From NCBI GenBank assembly GCA_051652765.1, contig JBOFUV010000118.1:1-64000 (forward strand): a DNA stretch of 64,000 nucleotides, in the 5' to 3' direction. Source of the stretch: Microcoleaceae cyanobacterium (GTDB lineage Bacteria; Cyanobacteriota; Cyanobacteriia; Cyanobacteriales; Microcoleaceae). Both the position numbers and the translations under genes were made by a program. Below are positions 10,692 through 21,394 of this stretch, piece by piece. A model generated the notes under the pieces. It worked only from the letters and a program-made list of their open reading frames with translations. It did not search any database and had not been told where the DNA came from. Each line of letters begins with the position of its first letter. The stretch's first letter is position 1.

Positions 10692-12158
10692 ATGCAGTTC
10701 TTGAACTCTGAGCGAAAATTTGTCAACCTTTCAACTCAAGACTCGCCCTCAACAGAGCACAATTCCTCTTTGAGTTGTTCGAGTTGTTTCAGAACAGAGT
10801 TGAATGAAGGAGAACTCAAAAGCCGTTCATCTGGTTTTCAGCCATCAATTGCAAGCGCTTCTGACTCACAGATCGCTGTCGAACCCGAGATACCAATTCA
10901 TGAAGAACGAGGATTTCGACCGGTTCTGCAAAACAGAAATTTCCTATTTTTGTGGAGTGGACAAGTCTTCTCTCAATTGGCTGACAAGGTTTATCTTGTT
11001 TTGATGATTGCGATTATCTCTACCCAGTTTCAGCAGGCGAACCAAACGATTAGTGGTTGGGTTTCAGCTGTGATGGTCGCCTTTACGATTCCTGCCGTGT
11101 TGTTTGGGGCTGCGGCTGGGGTTTACGTTGATCGTTGGCCCAAAAAAGCGGTTCTAATTCTAACTAATCTGTTGAGAGGAGCCCTGGTTTTACTGTTACC
11201 CGTGGGGCTAAGTTTGTCAGACGGTATTCGTCTGGGCCATTTTCCCTTGGGATTTTGTTTGTTGTTGGTGATGACTTTTCTGGTCTCTACCTTGACTCAG
11301 TTTTTTGCTCCGGCTGAACAGGCGATTATTCCATTGATCGTTAAAAAGCATCATCTGTTGTCTGCGAATTCTCTCTACACCACGACAATGATGGCTTCAG
11401 TGATTATCGGGTTTGCTGTGGGAGAGCCCTTGCTGGCCCTGGCTGATGCTGTTGCAGGCCAAATCGGGGTGGGTTTGCAGATTGGGAAGGAGTTGATGGT
11501 TGGGGGCGGTTATCTCATTTCTGGGTTGTTACTGATGGCCTTGAACATTCCTGAAAAAAGTTGGGAGCAACACGAAGCTCCCCATATTTTGGCAGATTTA
11601 AGCGATGGCTGGAGGTATCTCAGTGGTCATCTCAAAATTCGTAATGCTCTGATTCAGATTGTGATTCTGTTCTCGATTTTTGCTGCCCTAGCGGTTTTGG
11701 CCGTCCGTCTGGCAGAGGTGATTCCTGCCCTCAAACCTTCTCAATTTGGGGTTCTGTTAGCGACTGGAGGGTTGGGAATGGCAATTGGTGCAACGATTTT
11801 GGGGCAAATAGGTCATCGCTTTTCCCATACTCAACTTGCTCTGATTGGATCTTTGGGAATTTCAGGATCTCTGCTGGGTTTGGCTTGTTTAGGGCATCAA
11901 CTCTGGTCTGCCCTAGGACTGATCACAATTTTGGGTTGCTTTGCAGCCATCGTTGCCATCCCGATGCAGACGACGATTCAAGCCGAAACCCCTGAAGAAA
12001 TGCGGGGAAAAGTGTTTGGCTTACAGAATAATGCGGTGAATATTGCCTTGAGCCTACCGCTAGCTTTGGCGGGAGTTGCAGAAACCTATTTGGGCCTGCC
12101 CATTACTTTTTTGGGGTTGGCAATCTTGGCCAGTATCGGCGGGTTGTTAACACGATAG
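10692..12158 (+). CDS. MFS transporter
   Basis: NRNFLFLWSGQVFSQLAD, AGVYVDRWPKK, many hydrophobic helices, MRGKVFG; exact start uncertain. Confidence 0.9.
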   Translation: MQFLNSERKFVNLSTQDSPSTEHNSSLSCSSCFRTELNEGELKSRSSGFQPSIASASDSQIAVEPEIPIHEERGFRPVLQNRNFLFLWSGQVFSQLADKVYLVLMIAIISTQFQQANQTISGWVSAVMVAFTIPAVLFGAAAGVYVDRWPKKAVLILTNLLRGALVLLLPVGLSLSDGIRLGHFPLGFCLLLVMTFLVSTLTQFFAPAEQAIIPLIVKKHHLLSANSLYTTTMMASVIIGFAVGEPLLALADAVAGQIGVGLQIGKELMVGGGYLISGLLLMALNIPEKSWEQHEAPHILADLSDGWRYLSGHLKIRNALIQIVILFSIFAALAVLAVRLAEVIPALKPSQFGVLLATGGLGMAIGATILGQIGHRFSHTQLALIGSLGISGSLLGLACLGHQLWSALGLITILGCFAAIVAIPMQTTIQAETPEEMRGKVFGLQNNAVNIALSLPLALAGVAETYLGLPITFLGLAILASIGGLLTR

Positions 12159-12228
12159 TACTCTAGATATACTTTGACTCGAGAGATAGCTCAAAAATGC
12201 AAGTTCTTGAACATCTTCCTAGCTCAAT

Positions 12229-13047
12229 TTACTGTAGATTAAATGTTGCTTTTACTGGGCGATGGTCACTTTTGCTTTGATCGTCCGGACAGTAGCTGGT
12301 TTGAGGATAGAGAATCTCAGCAGAGGCTGGCCAATTCTTCGCGCTCCCTGCAACAAATACAAAATCCAAGACACTGTCATAGCGATCGCTGCACTGGGTT
12401 GCAGTCAAAGTCTGAGGTCTGACCCAGCGAAGCACCTGATCTTGAGTCATCAGATCATAGCCTTGATCTCGCTTTGACTCGCCTCGCACCACATCCCAGT
12501 CAAAGTTGTAATCTCCCAGGGCAATCACCGGTAAGGTTTGCTTTCGGGCCCATTGGTTCAATAGACGAGCTTGTTCATGGCGACGGTCATTGCGACTTCG
12601 GTAGAGATGGTTCACCATAAATAGGAACTCTGTGCCCGTTGGTTTGAAGCGAAAGTGCGCGACTAAAGGCGCTCTACCATCTCCACCGATGTTAATTGAG
12701 CCCAATTCATCGGATTTGAGCTTCTCCAGGTAGCGACGATCATAAAGAATTGCCAATCGATCCGCGTCCCCTGTAGTTCCCAGAATGATCTGAAAGTCAG
12801 TTGATCGAGAGTTCGCGGCCTTCGCAAACTGCTCAACCCAGGAGGCATCAGCAACTTCAGAGAATCCCCAAAGCTTACTCTGTCCAAGGGGTTTAATGTA
12901 CTGTTGCGCGATCACATCAGGATTGGCATCACCCGACTCAACGTTAAATCCAATCACAGTTAAATTAGGCTGGGTAGTAGGCTGGGTAGGCTGACAACCT
13001 GTAATCACCAGTAGAGTCAACCCTAAAACAGTCAAGAAACGTCTCAT
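12229..13047 (-). CDS. Endonuclease/exonuclease/phosphatase (EEP) family lipoprotein
   Basis: From ATG 13047: signal peptide and lipobox (MRRFL...ITGC); FNVE, FSEV, MVNHL, GDYNFD, LDFVFV, SDHRPV catalytic motifs. Confidence 0.88.
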   Translation of the reverse strand: MRRFLTVLGLTLLVITGCQPTQPTTQPNLTVIGFNVESGDANPDVIAQQYIKPLGQSKLWGFSEVADASWVEQFAKAANSRSTDFQIILGTTGDADRLAILYDRRYLEKLKSDELGSINIGGDGRAPLVAHFRFKPTGTEFLFMVNHLYRSRNDRRHEQARLLNQWARKQTLPVIALGDYNFDWDVVRGESKRDQGYDLMTQDQVLRWVRPQTLTATQCSDRYDSVLDFVFVAGSAKNWPASAEILYPQTSYCPDDQSKSDHRPVKATFNLQ

Positions 13048-13100
13048 CGTTGGCAATTGATCGTTAGTAATTGATCGTTGGTAATTGATCGTTAGTAATT
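13046..13100. repeat. Tandem repeat, 14-bp unit (ATCGTTRGYAATTG) x4
   Basis: ATCGTTGGCAATTG ATCGTTAGTAATTG ATCGTTGGTAATTG ATCGTTAGTAATT, abutting the EEP start codon. Confidence 0.9.
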
Positions 13101-13224
13101 TAAAGATTAGTTCACAACCATGGCAATCCGGAATGATAATTGGAATCCCGGCGGTGCAGGCTTCTAGGGGTCAAGAGGCCCACTCCACATTCATAATTCA
13201 AATCAAAATTAACTCTAGAGGGTC

Positions 13225-14421
13225 TTAAACCTCTAGCAATACTGAACTCGTAAAACACTGCTGAATGCCAGTCGCAACCCGATGCTGTTGCTCTGAAGAG
13301 AGTTCAGGAAACATTGGTAGGGAGAGGACTTCATTGCAGATCCGTTCAGCGATTGGGAAGCTCCCCTGTCGATAGCCTAAAGTTTGGTAGAGCGGTTGTA
13401 GATGGAGGGGAACAGGATAATAAACGGTAGAGCTAATACCCTGTTCTTTTAACTGAGCCTGCAACTGATTGCGCGGTGACCCAGGCCCGTGACCATTTTC
13501 AGAGATCAGTTTGCTATTGGCCGGACTGTCGTCTAATACTCGAATTGAGTATTGATGCCACACCGTTTTACCTTGAGGGCGGGCTGTAGGGATAACAATC
13601 TCTGGGACAGACGCTAGCAGTTGATGATAACGTTGAGCAACTTCCCCCCGTTGAGCATTCCAAGTGTCCAGGTACCGGAGCTTAATCTGTAGAATTGCAG
13701 CTTGCAAAGCGTCTAGGCGGCTATTAATCCCCACCTCTGATGAGCAATACTTGCTAGATTGACCATGATCTTTGAGCTGCTGAATTCTGGCTGCAATCCT
13801 GGGGTCACTGGTCGTCACGGCACCCCCGTCCCCAATCGCCCCTAGATTTTTGGTGGGATAAAAGCTAAAGCAACCCACCTGTCCAATGCTACCCACTCTT
13901 TGCCCCTGCCAGGTTGCCCCAGTTGCCTGAGCGCAGTCTTCAATGACAGCTAACTGATGGGCTTGGGCGATCGCCATCAACTGAGTCATATCCGTCGGTT
14001 GGCCAAACAAATGAACCGGAAGAATGGCCCGAGTCTGATCCGTGATGGCAGCGTCTACCTGACTCAAATCCAAGTTGAAGGTTTCCGCCTCAATATCGAC
14101 AAAAACTGGAGTCGCCCCAACAGCGCTAATCGTTGCCGCAGTGGCAATGAATGTAAATGGTGTTGTAATCACCTGATCCCCCGGCCCAATCTCGAGAGCC
14201 CTCAAGGCTAGAAATAAAGCATCTGTACCCGAGTTACAACCGATGGCCGTTTCAACCCCAGTATATGCCGCGAACTGTTGCTCAAATTGCTCTACGACAG
14301 AGCCGCCAACGTACCGACCTGAGGCCAAGACAGCTTGAATGGCCTGATTGACTTCGACACTAATCTGTTGATACTGCTGAGTTAAATCTAAAGGAGGAAT
14401 CTTGTCCACGCTGAACACCAC
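13225..14421 (-). CDS. DegT/DnrJ/EryC1/StrS sugar aminotransferase
   Basis: GCNSGTDAL, TTPFTF.AT, IEDCAQA.GA, CFSFYPTKNLGAIGDGG, NSRLD.LQAA, VLSLPM. Confidence 0.95.
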   Translation of the reverse strand: MVFSVDKIPPLDLTQQYQQISVEVNQAIQAVLASGRYVGGSVVEQFEQQFAAYTGVETAIGCNSGTDALFLALRALEIGPGDQVITTPFTFIATAATISAVGATPVFVDIEAETFNLDLSQVDAAITDQTRAILPVHLFGQPTDMTQLMAIAQAHQLAVIEDCAQATGATWQGQRVGSIGQVGCFSFYPTKNLGAIGDGGAVTTSDPRIAARIQQLKDHGQSSKYCSSEVGINSRLDALQAAILQIKLRYLDTWNAQRGEVAQRYHQLLASVPEIVIPTARPQGKTVWHQYSIRVLDDSPANSKLISENGHGPGSPRNQLQAQLKEQGISSTVYYPVPLHLQPLYQTLGYRQGSFPIAERICNEVLSLPMFPELSSEQQHRVATGIQQCFTSSVLLEV

Positions 14422-14584
14422 GCGATCATCTTGTGATTTTATGCTTGATTCAATGATCTGACTCGTTCGGAGTTAAGCCCAAGTCTTAAGTATCCCGAGA
14501 GAAAGCCCAGTAAGCCAAGAAAACATCTGAAACTTAAGGGTATCACACCCGATCAATTTGTTGAAAGCCTGAAGAAACATGACC

Positions 14585-16777
14585 TTAAAACTGCCCTAAA
14601 GATCCCCAAACCATCCCTGAAACGAGTCCCCCAATTGCTCCTAGGCCAGTGGTACCAATCGTCAATAGCAGAATTTCACTGGATGAGGATAGCTCTAGCG
14701 CATCAGGAAACAGGGTTCCAGCAACAACTCCCAACCCTGCCCCAGCGATCGCCCCCAGAAAGTTTCCCCAGATCCCACCGACAATAGGCCCTTGCTGTCC
14801 AATGTGTTGTCTACTGGGCTGAACAGACGGATTTTTAACAGACGGATTTTTAGCCGTGGGGAGCGGTGGTGCCCCGCCCAGAGTGCCAAAAATTGCCCCT
14901 GCCAACAGCCCGCCAAATCCCCCTAAACCCATCGCTGCAATAATGGACGGGATTGCTAGAGAGAACAGTTGACTCGGAGCTTGAGTCAGATCCAAGCTAC
15001 CCTGAGCGTAGCCCCAGACTGTTAATGCGATCGCGACAATCGCGCCAAAAATTGGGCCGAGAAATGTTCCCCAGATACTCCCGAGTAAAGCACCTGTCCC
15101 TCCCCGCACTCCCCCCAGAGTTGGCAGAGAAAGAGGCGGTTCCAGAGCTGTCCACAAGGCTCCCCAAATCATGCTCACTAGGGTTCCCAGGGCCAGTAAC
15201 CGTCCGACGATCTGGACTTCTTGACCTCCTTCCAATCCAGCGATCGCGGCAAAAATAAGTCCTGAGATCGCTGCGGCGATAAAAGTTCCCCAAACACCGC
15301 CAACCACCAAAGCAATCGTTCTCTTCATGCCAGTAGTGGGCAGCAGCAAGCTAGCCGCATTGCCAAAGAATCCGCCCCAAACCGTGCCCATCAAAATTCC
15401 CCCGACGATGGCTTCCCGTTCTCGATTGATCACTCCATAGAACACAGCGACAAGGGCAGAGCAACAGGCAGCCCCCCAAACCCCCCCTAAAATTGCTCCC
15501 TGAACCAGATCGGAAATAAAAGGAATGGGTAGTTTGAAGGGTAAGGCAAAGGGTTTAGATCTGAGGGTAGACTTGAATCTTTGAGATCTGACCGGGGTCA
15601 GTGACTTGTAACCCCCAGGTAACGGATTGATCGTCACCTGCCCATAGGTTGGAGGTTGACCCCAGCCCCCTGTTGCTTTCATTCGCCTTCGCCGTTTCAG
15701 TTTTAGGGGTTGCAGGTGACGACCCTGTTGAATCGCTTCTCGAGACGGAAAAGGATCACGCCCTCCCAGTTGGCGAGTGCGATCGCACCAAGGGCAGGAA
15801 TCCAAATGGTTGCCATAGCGGTGTTGACTACAGAGATCACAGGTTACAAGGGCAGTTTCCGCTTCTTTTAAGGCCAAAAGCCAGTGCCTTGCCGTGGGAC
15901 GAGCTTGGGGATTTTGATGTCCTGCTTCAAAACACTGAATAAACAGGTCTTGCAACCCTGGAGATAACAGTTTAAAGTCAGGAGCCAGGGGCATGGGTTG
16001 GTAGGGAATTCGGCTTTTCCCATAGACAAAATGCCCTGCTCGAATGCGAGATTCAATGGCGGGTGGATCACCTTGCCCTCGATAAACCCCAGAGAACGGG
16101 TGAGTTCCCTCCATCAAGAGTTGAAAAATGAGTATTGCTAGCCCAAAACAGTCTTGTTCGGGGGTTCGATCGATTTCCCGGAAGGGATGACCCTGAAGTT
16201 CAGGCGGTGTAAATTCTGGCTTGCCGACCGGACAGCGATAAATAGACCCCGTACTAGGATCGTTCACCTGAAAGGAATCTGTATCGACGAGAGTCACTAG
16301 GGCCGTATCGGTCACCAAGATATTGGATTCGTTCACATCGCCAATCACATAACCGCTGCCATGTAAATCAGCCACGGAAGCCGCCAAATTCCGCGCGGTG
16401 CGATTTAGATAGAGATAGTTGAATAACGGTTTCTGCTCACGACGGGTTTTAGGCGTACAGAAAGTATGAATTGGCAGGGCTTGAGTCACGCGAGGCATTA
16501 AGAACCCGACAATCTGCCGCCGTTGATCGACCGAACGCACCAGATCAACGGGCCAAGCGATCGCTGGAAACCCTGGAATAGCGTTGACTGAATCAGGCGG
16601 GTTATTATACATCACCGTCAGCTTGTCAGCATCCTCATCCGTCAGCTTGTGATAGATTTTAGCCACCAGGGACGAATCTCCCTGCACCGGGTAAATTCGT
16701 CCCTCACCACCACTGCCAATCAGGTGGCTGGTATCCAGGGAAATTTGCTGGCCATTAAACTGACGTTGCAGCCGCAT
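14585..16777 (-). CDS. YegI/TerY-associated-type Ser/Thr kinase with Cys/His motif and Gly-rich multi-TM C-terminus
   Basis: GSGGEG, VAKIY, IAWP, VIGDVNESNIL, LVDTDSFQ, CPVGKPEFTPPELQG, GTHPF; C..C..H...CPWC; repeated GxxWGxxxG hydrophobic segments. Confidence 0.85.
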   Translation of the reverse strand: MRLQRQFNGQQISLDTSHLIGSGGEGRIYPVQGDSSLVAKIYHKLTDEDADKLTVMYNNPPDSVNAIPGFPAIAWPVDLVRSVDQRRQIVGFLMPRVTQALPIHTFCTPKTRREQKPLFNYLYLNRTARNLAASVADLHGSGYVIGDVNESNILVTDTALVTLVDTDSFQVNDPSTGSIYRCPVGKPEFTPPELQGHPFREIDRTPEQDCFGLAILIFQLLMEGTHPFSGVYRGQGDPPAIESRIRAGHFVYGKSRIPYQPMPLAPDFKLLSPGLQDLFIQCFEAGHQNPQARPTARHWLLALKEAETALVTCDLCSQHRYGNHLDSCPWCDRTRQLGGRDPFPSREAIQQGRHLQPLKLKRRRRMKATGGWGQPPTYGQVTINPLPGGYKSLTPVRSQRFKSTLRSKPFALPFKLPIPFISDLVQGAILGGVWGAACCSALVAVFYGVINREREAIVGGILMGTVWGGFFGNAASLLLPTTGMKRTIALVVGGVWGTFIAAAISGLIFAAIAGLEGGQEVQIVGRLLALGTLVSMIWGALWTALEPPLSLPTLGGVRGGTGALLGSIWGTFLGPIFGAIVAIALTVWGYAQGSLDLTQAPSQLFSLAIPSIIAAMGLGGFGGLLAGAIFGTLGGAPPLPTAKNPSVKNPSVQPSRQHIGQQGPIVGGIWGNFLGAIAGAGLGVVAGTLFPDALELSSSSEILLLTIGTTGLGAIGGLVSGMVWGSLGQF

Positions 16778-17924
16778 TGCTTGGGGGAAGGCTCAGTGAG
16801 TTAGAGAAAAGTTTAATCAGAAGGCTAATCCAGAAAATACCCTAAGCATAACGCTTTGTGAGAAGTTTAAGGTTGGTCTTTTGGGCTTCCAGGGCAATTG
16901 CTGCTGATACTTCATTGGCTATCTTGACCTTCTCAAATCCGACTGCTCAAATGATGGGGGAAGTAGATCAAATGCCAATGCTTCTGCCTAGAGAGTTTAT
17001 CTTCAGACCACTGCTTGATTTTTTCCTAACTGATCTAGGATATGGTAATCCCAAATCGAATTAGAAATTTGATGATCAGTCATTTCAAATAGCTTGTTCA
17101 AATAGCTTGTTCACACTATCTTGAATCTAGTTAAATAATCTGTGTATCAGAGTGAACGTCGTCGCTTGTGAGCAAGATCCCTAAATTCACAAGGTATCAA
17201 CTGGACTGGATATAACTTGAACAATGGCCAAATCAGCTCTGTGCTCAGAAGAGCTAGAGCTTGACAGAACCTAAAAAAATTCTGGGGTGATCACAGTTAC
17301 AGGAATTATTCTAATTTTGCCCTGGGAGAGATCAGAATCTCTCGGGTTTTGTAGTATTCTGATTCTCTCCATTCAGACCAAAAATCCTGATCAATTTGCT
17401 TTACAGATTGGACTGTAGGAAAATCAGCGCTGAGGAAATGCGCTAAAAAAATATCTCCCTTTTTCTTTGAGCCAGTTTTGGTAGGAGGCACTTGTGCTGA
17501 ACAGACTTTTTTATCCCGATATCATACCCCAATTTTATCATCTAGCTTATAATCCAGCGGTTTCAGAACTGTACAAGAGGCTGAGGCAATCCCCTGGAAA
17601 ATTTATCCCTCGACCAGAATAAGTAGTGGTTCTCAAAGGACTCTATTCTAATAGAGACAATATTAAATTTTTGTCAAATTCCTATCTCAGCAAGGATTTT
17701 GGCCACTCAATACCTAAAGTTCTCCTTTGCTTTCCAGACTAGAATCCACACTCAAGGATGGCGTTTTCCCTTGACAAACCCACTGCCGTGACATTTTAAA
17801 ATAAGCGATGAAGAGAAAATTTTTTGTCAAATTGATAAGTTTGAGGATATATTATTTTTATCAGCCTAAACTCTGAAGTTAACTGAATAGAGATTGCCTG
17901 TAAAAGAGGAGATGATGCTAAACA

Positions 17925-18335
17925 ATGTCTAAGATGACTGTTAATCCGCTGACGGGAAAAGCCTTACTTCAAAAAGTCAAAGAACTTTCCCATCTGCCTC
18001 GACGAGAAACTGCAAAACTCTGCGGATATTATTCCACCACAAAAGATGATCAAGTCCGCGTCAATCTGACGGATTTCTACGATGCTGTACTCAAAGCTCG
18101 TGGTATTCCTCTAAATCCGGATGGAGTAAAAGATGGTCGCGGCAGAGAAGCAACCTATTTGGTCAGTGTTCACAAGAATGGTCAAATTGTCATTGGTGCA
18201 ACTTACACGAAAGAAATGGGTTTGCAGCCCGGTGATGAGTTTGATATTAAACTGGGCTACAAGCACATTCATCTGATTCAGGTTGACCGGAATGATAAAG
18301 AATCTAACGGCCAAGTCTTGAATGAGGAAGAATAA
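17925..18335 (+). CDS. Cyanobacterial AbrB-like transcriptional regulator (cyAbrB)
   Basis: LTGKALLQKVKEL..RETAK.CGYY; GRGREATY.VSVHKNGQIVIGATYT.EMGL.PGDEF.IKLGYKHIHL. Confidence 0.95.
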   Translation: MSKMTVNPLTGKALLQKVKELSHLPRRETAKLCGYYSTTKDDQVRVNLTDFYDAVLKARGIPLNPDGVKDGRGREATYLVSVHKNGQIVIGATYTKEMGLQPGDEFDIKLGYKHIHLIQVDRNDKESNGQVLNEEE

Positions 18336-18375
18336 CTCATCACAAAACTGACTCAATTTAATTGAGTCAATCAAG

Positions 18376-19293
18376 ATGATGATTTCCTGGCTAATTCATG
18401 GGCCAGCCGTTATTAAAGTTGCCCTGTTTTTTTGCATTTGGGTAGGGGTTTGGTTGCCTGTGGCAATGATCAGTGTGATCGCACTGCGTTGGCATCCTCC
18501 CCAACCTTTGAACACCACTCAAAAGCTGATTCTGATGGCCTCCCTTTATCTGATTGTGCCTATTGTCCTATGGCAATTTGTTCAGGCTGAAGGGTTGCAG
18601 TTCAATGGTTTTGGTATCTTGACAGATCGCAAGACCTGGGTTGCTGTTGGAGTTGGCTTTAGTCTTGCGATCTTGAGCCTGAGTGTTTCCCTGGGAATAC
18701 AGCTCAAGTCGGGCTGGGTCAGTTGGCAACCTCAGGGTCACCAGCTTCAAGACTCAGCGGTGGCAGAATCAGCCGTTAAGGCAGTTGCACCGGAGGAGAG
18801 CTTTACGATGCAGGGATCTAGGCTTTTGCGGCAACTGCTGCCCGTTATTTTGCTGGCGCTGTGGATCAGTAGCACGGAAGAGATCGTCTTTCGGGGCCTT
18901 GTCCAAATAGTTCTACAGCAGGATTATTCCCCTTGGGATGCGGCAATTCTGGGCAGCGCTGTTTTTGCCTTCACTCATCTGGTTTGGCAACCTCAATCTG
19001 CTTGGCCTCAGATCCCTGGGCTATGGCTGCTGGGCATGGTCTTAACCCTGGCTTGTTTTACTCAAGCTGGAACCTTGGGATTGGCAATTGGTCTCCATGG
19101 CGGCTGGATCTTTGGGTTGTCTGGCTTGGACACTGTCGGAACCTTGAGTCCAACCGATCAAGTTCCCCGTTGGGTTACCGGAGGATCAAGCCGACCCCTG
19201 ACTGGGTTGGTAGATGGTCTAATGTTGGGGGCGATCGCAGTTTTACTGAGAATTGTTGACTATGGCCTGAACCGTCTTTTCCTTAATCTTTGA
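18376..19293 (+). CDS. CPBP (CAAX/Abi) family intramembrane metalloprotease
   Basis: EEIVFRG, FAFTH, AIGLHGGW motifs; multiple TM segments. Confidence 0.9.
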   Translation: MMISWLIHGPAVIKVALFFCIWVGVWLPVAMISVIALRWHPPQPLNTTQKLILMASLYLIVPIVLWQFVQAEGLQFNGFGILTDRKTWVAVGVGFSLAILSLSVSLGIQLKSGWVSWQPQGHQLQDSAVAESAVKAVAPEESFTMQGSRLLRQLLPVILLALWISSTEEIVFRGLVQIVLQQDYSPWDAAILGSAVFAFTHLVWQPQSAWPQIPGLWLLGMVLTLACFTQAGTLGLAIGLHGGWIFGLSGLDTVGTLSPTDQVPRWVTGGSSRPLTGLVDGLMLGAIAVLLRIVDYGLNRLFLNL

Positions 19294-19395
19294 CCTCGTT
19301 TAGGTTCTCTAATTACTCATGATTCTGTTAAGCAGGGAACCAATGCCCTTAGAATAATTCAATATATTGTTTAGTTCACTGATTTAAGGGTTTTT

Positions 19396-19614
19396 ATGGC
19401 CATTAAGCGGGGAGACTTTGTTCGTGCGGTTCGAGAAAAGCTGGAAAACAGCCTAGAGGCAAAAGCGAGTGACCCCCGCTTTCCACCCTATATTTTCGAG
19501 ACCAAAGGGGAAGTACTGGATATTCGAGGAGACTGCGCTTTTGTGAAATTTGGTCAAGTTCCAACCCCAAATATTTGGCTGCGGCTAGATCAGATCGAAG
19601 GCTTTCCTGCCTAG
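19396..19614 (+). CDS. ndhO: NAD(P)H-quinone oxidoreductase subunit O
   Basis: [46 protein letters not shown]. Confidence 0.95.
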   Translation: MAIKRGDFVRAVREKLENSLEAKASDPRFPPYIFETKGEVLDIRGDCAFVKFGQVPTPNIWLRLDQIEGFPA

Positions 19615-19642
19615 TAAATTCCTGCCCAGCAAAGTTCCGGGC

Positions 19643-19689
19643 AGAGATTTGGGTAGAGATTTGGGTAGAGATTTGGGTAGAGATTAGGT
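19643..19689. repeat. Tandem repeat, 12-bp unit AGAGATTTGGGT x~4
   Basis: Three perfect copies plus one degenerate copy downstream of ndhO. Confidence 0.9.
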
Positions 19690-19899
19690 ACAAACTAGTG
19701 GGCCGTCAATCTTGATGTCGGTTAGCTAGGTTGGTGTTGAGCGAACAAAGCCCAACAAGTTTTTGAGAGTATCGGTTTGCGAATGTTAGGGCGCTCTTTT
19801 TTGAATTGTGAATCGTGAACGGGGTGCGGGCATCTTGCCCACCCATGCTCAGGCAAGGTGTTGTAAAGCATTGTTTGGTCAAATGTAAAGGGTTCGATC

Positions 19900-20883
19900 A
19901 TGGCAGATCTGTTTTTTCCACCCTCTTGTCATCCCACTCGGGTCTCAGTGATTGGAGCGGGGAAAGTTGGCAGTGCTTTGGCCCAGCGCATTGCCGAGAG
20001 TAATGTTGCAAATGTGGTGCTGTTGGATGTGATTGAGGGGCTACCCCAAGGGATTGCGCTGGATTTGATGCAGGCCGGAGCAGTTGAGGGCCATGATCGC
20101 GAGATCCTGGGAACGAATGACTATGCTGACACCGCTGGATCGGATGTGGTGGTGATTACGGCTGGGCGACCTCGAACCCCTGGCATGGGGCGCAATGATC
20201 TGATCGGGATTAATACCCGGATTGTTGCTCATGCGGCGAAGGAAGCCATCGCCCATTCTCCAGATGCCGCTTTGATTGTAGTGACGAACCCCCTGGATGT
20301 GATGACCTATGTCGCATGGCAGATCACAAAGTTGGCTCCCCATCGTGTTCTGGGAATGGCAGGAGTGCTTGATTCAGCCCGGTTTCAGACTTTTATTGCG
20401 ATGGAATTAGGGGTTTCTGTTGTGGATGTGAAAGCCACAGTTTTAGGGAGTCATGGAGACTTAATGGTGCCTCTACCCCGTTACTCAACGGTTAATGGGA
20501 TTCCTGTGCCTGAATTGATGGAGGCTGTCGCCCTTGATCGCTTGGTTGAACGTACTCGCCAAGGCGGGGCTGAGATTGTAGAACTCTTGAAAACGGGGGG
20601 TGCATTTTATGCCCCTGCGTCTTCAGTGCGAATTATGGTGGAATCTATTTTGTTGAATCGGGCCCGACTGCTGCCTGTTTCTGCCTATCTCCAGGGAGAA
20701 TATGGCTTGCAGGATATTTTCTTGGGGGTTCCCTGCTGGTTAGGATGTCGGGGGGTAGAGCGCATTCTCGAACTTGCCCTCTCCGACACAGAACAGGAGG
20801 CGTTGCTAGCGTCGGCCCATTCGGTTCAGCAAGGCATTAATCAGGCGAACACTGTCTTAGGTCAGCTTGACAGTTCCTTTTAA
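19900..20883 (+). CDS. mdh: Malate dehydrogenase (LDH-like)
   Basis: VIGAGKVG, GIALDL, VVITAGRPRTPGM.RNDL, VTNPLD, GVLDSARF, LGSHGDLMVP, RTRQGGAEIV. Confidence 0.93.
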   Translation: MADLFFPPSCHPTRVSVIGAGKVGSALAQRIAESNVANVVLLDVIEGLPQGIALDLMQAGAVEGHDREILGTNDYADTAGSDVVVITAGRPRTPGMGRNDLIGINTRIVAHAAKEAIAHSPDAALIVVTNPLDVMTYVAWQITKLAPHRVLGMAGVLDSARFQTFIAMELGVSVVDVKATVLGSHGDLMVPLPRYSTVNGIPVPELMEAVALDRLVERTRQGGAEIVELLKTGGAFYAPASSVRIMVESILLNRARLLPVSAYLQGEYGLQDIFLGVPCWLGCRGVERILELALSDTEQEALLASAHSVQQGINQANTVLGQLDSSF

Positions 20884-20890
20884 AGTTGTC

Positions 20891-20896
20891 TATAAT
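20891..20896 (+). promoter_or_regulatory. -10 box of ssrA promoter
   Basis: Perfect TATAAT 13 nt upstream of the mature tmRNA 5' end. Confidence 0.65.
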
Positions 20897-20909
20897 GAGA
20901 AATACACAA

Positions 20910-21301
20910 GGGGCATTCCTGGTTTCGACAGGGTGACGAACGCTACTTTGTGATGCAGGCCGAGAGTAAGTTGTCTCTCGTATAATCCCCAACTTAAAAA
21001 AAATAAGTGCAAACAACATTGTCGCTTTCGCTCGTCCTCGTGTAGCTGTAGCTGCCTAGGAAAACACCTCTTTCAGGTTCGAGCATTTGTAGTCTGACTC
21101 CGTTAAAGATTACAAATTTAACCCCCAACGGATGTGTTAGTTAAATGCATCTGGTCATCTAACTGACGAGACTTTACCAGAGTCCCTGACTGTTCTAGGG
21201 TAATGTTCAGTCCCCGCTCTGAGGGTTAAAAGAGCTACGCCTGTGAATGAGCAAAGAGTCAATACTCATTCTGGACATGGGTTCGATTCCCATATGCTCC
21301 A
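20910..21301 (+). ncRNA. ssrA: tmRNA; tag peptide ANNIVAFARPRVAVAA* at 21009-21059; CCA not encoded
   Basis: 5' GGGGCAT..GGTTTCGAC; 3' T-arm ATGGG-TTCGATT-CCCAT and acceptor strand ATGCTCC-A with G3-U70; cyanobacterial ANNIV-type tag ending in AA. Confidence 0.97.
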
Positions 21302-21320
21302 CTCTTGGGAAATTGTTTTA

Positions 21321-21348
21321 AAGTATCAAAGCCCCGGCTTTGATACTT
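21321..21348. repeat. 13-bp inverted repeat just downstream of ssrA
   Basis: AAGTATCAAAGCC-CC-GGCTTTGATACTT. Confidence 0.75.
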
Positions 21349-21394
21349 GCAGGGTTTATTATTAGGTGAGTACTTTTGAATGAAGTAACGAATG

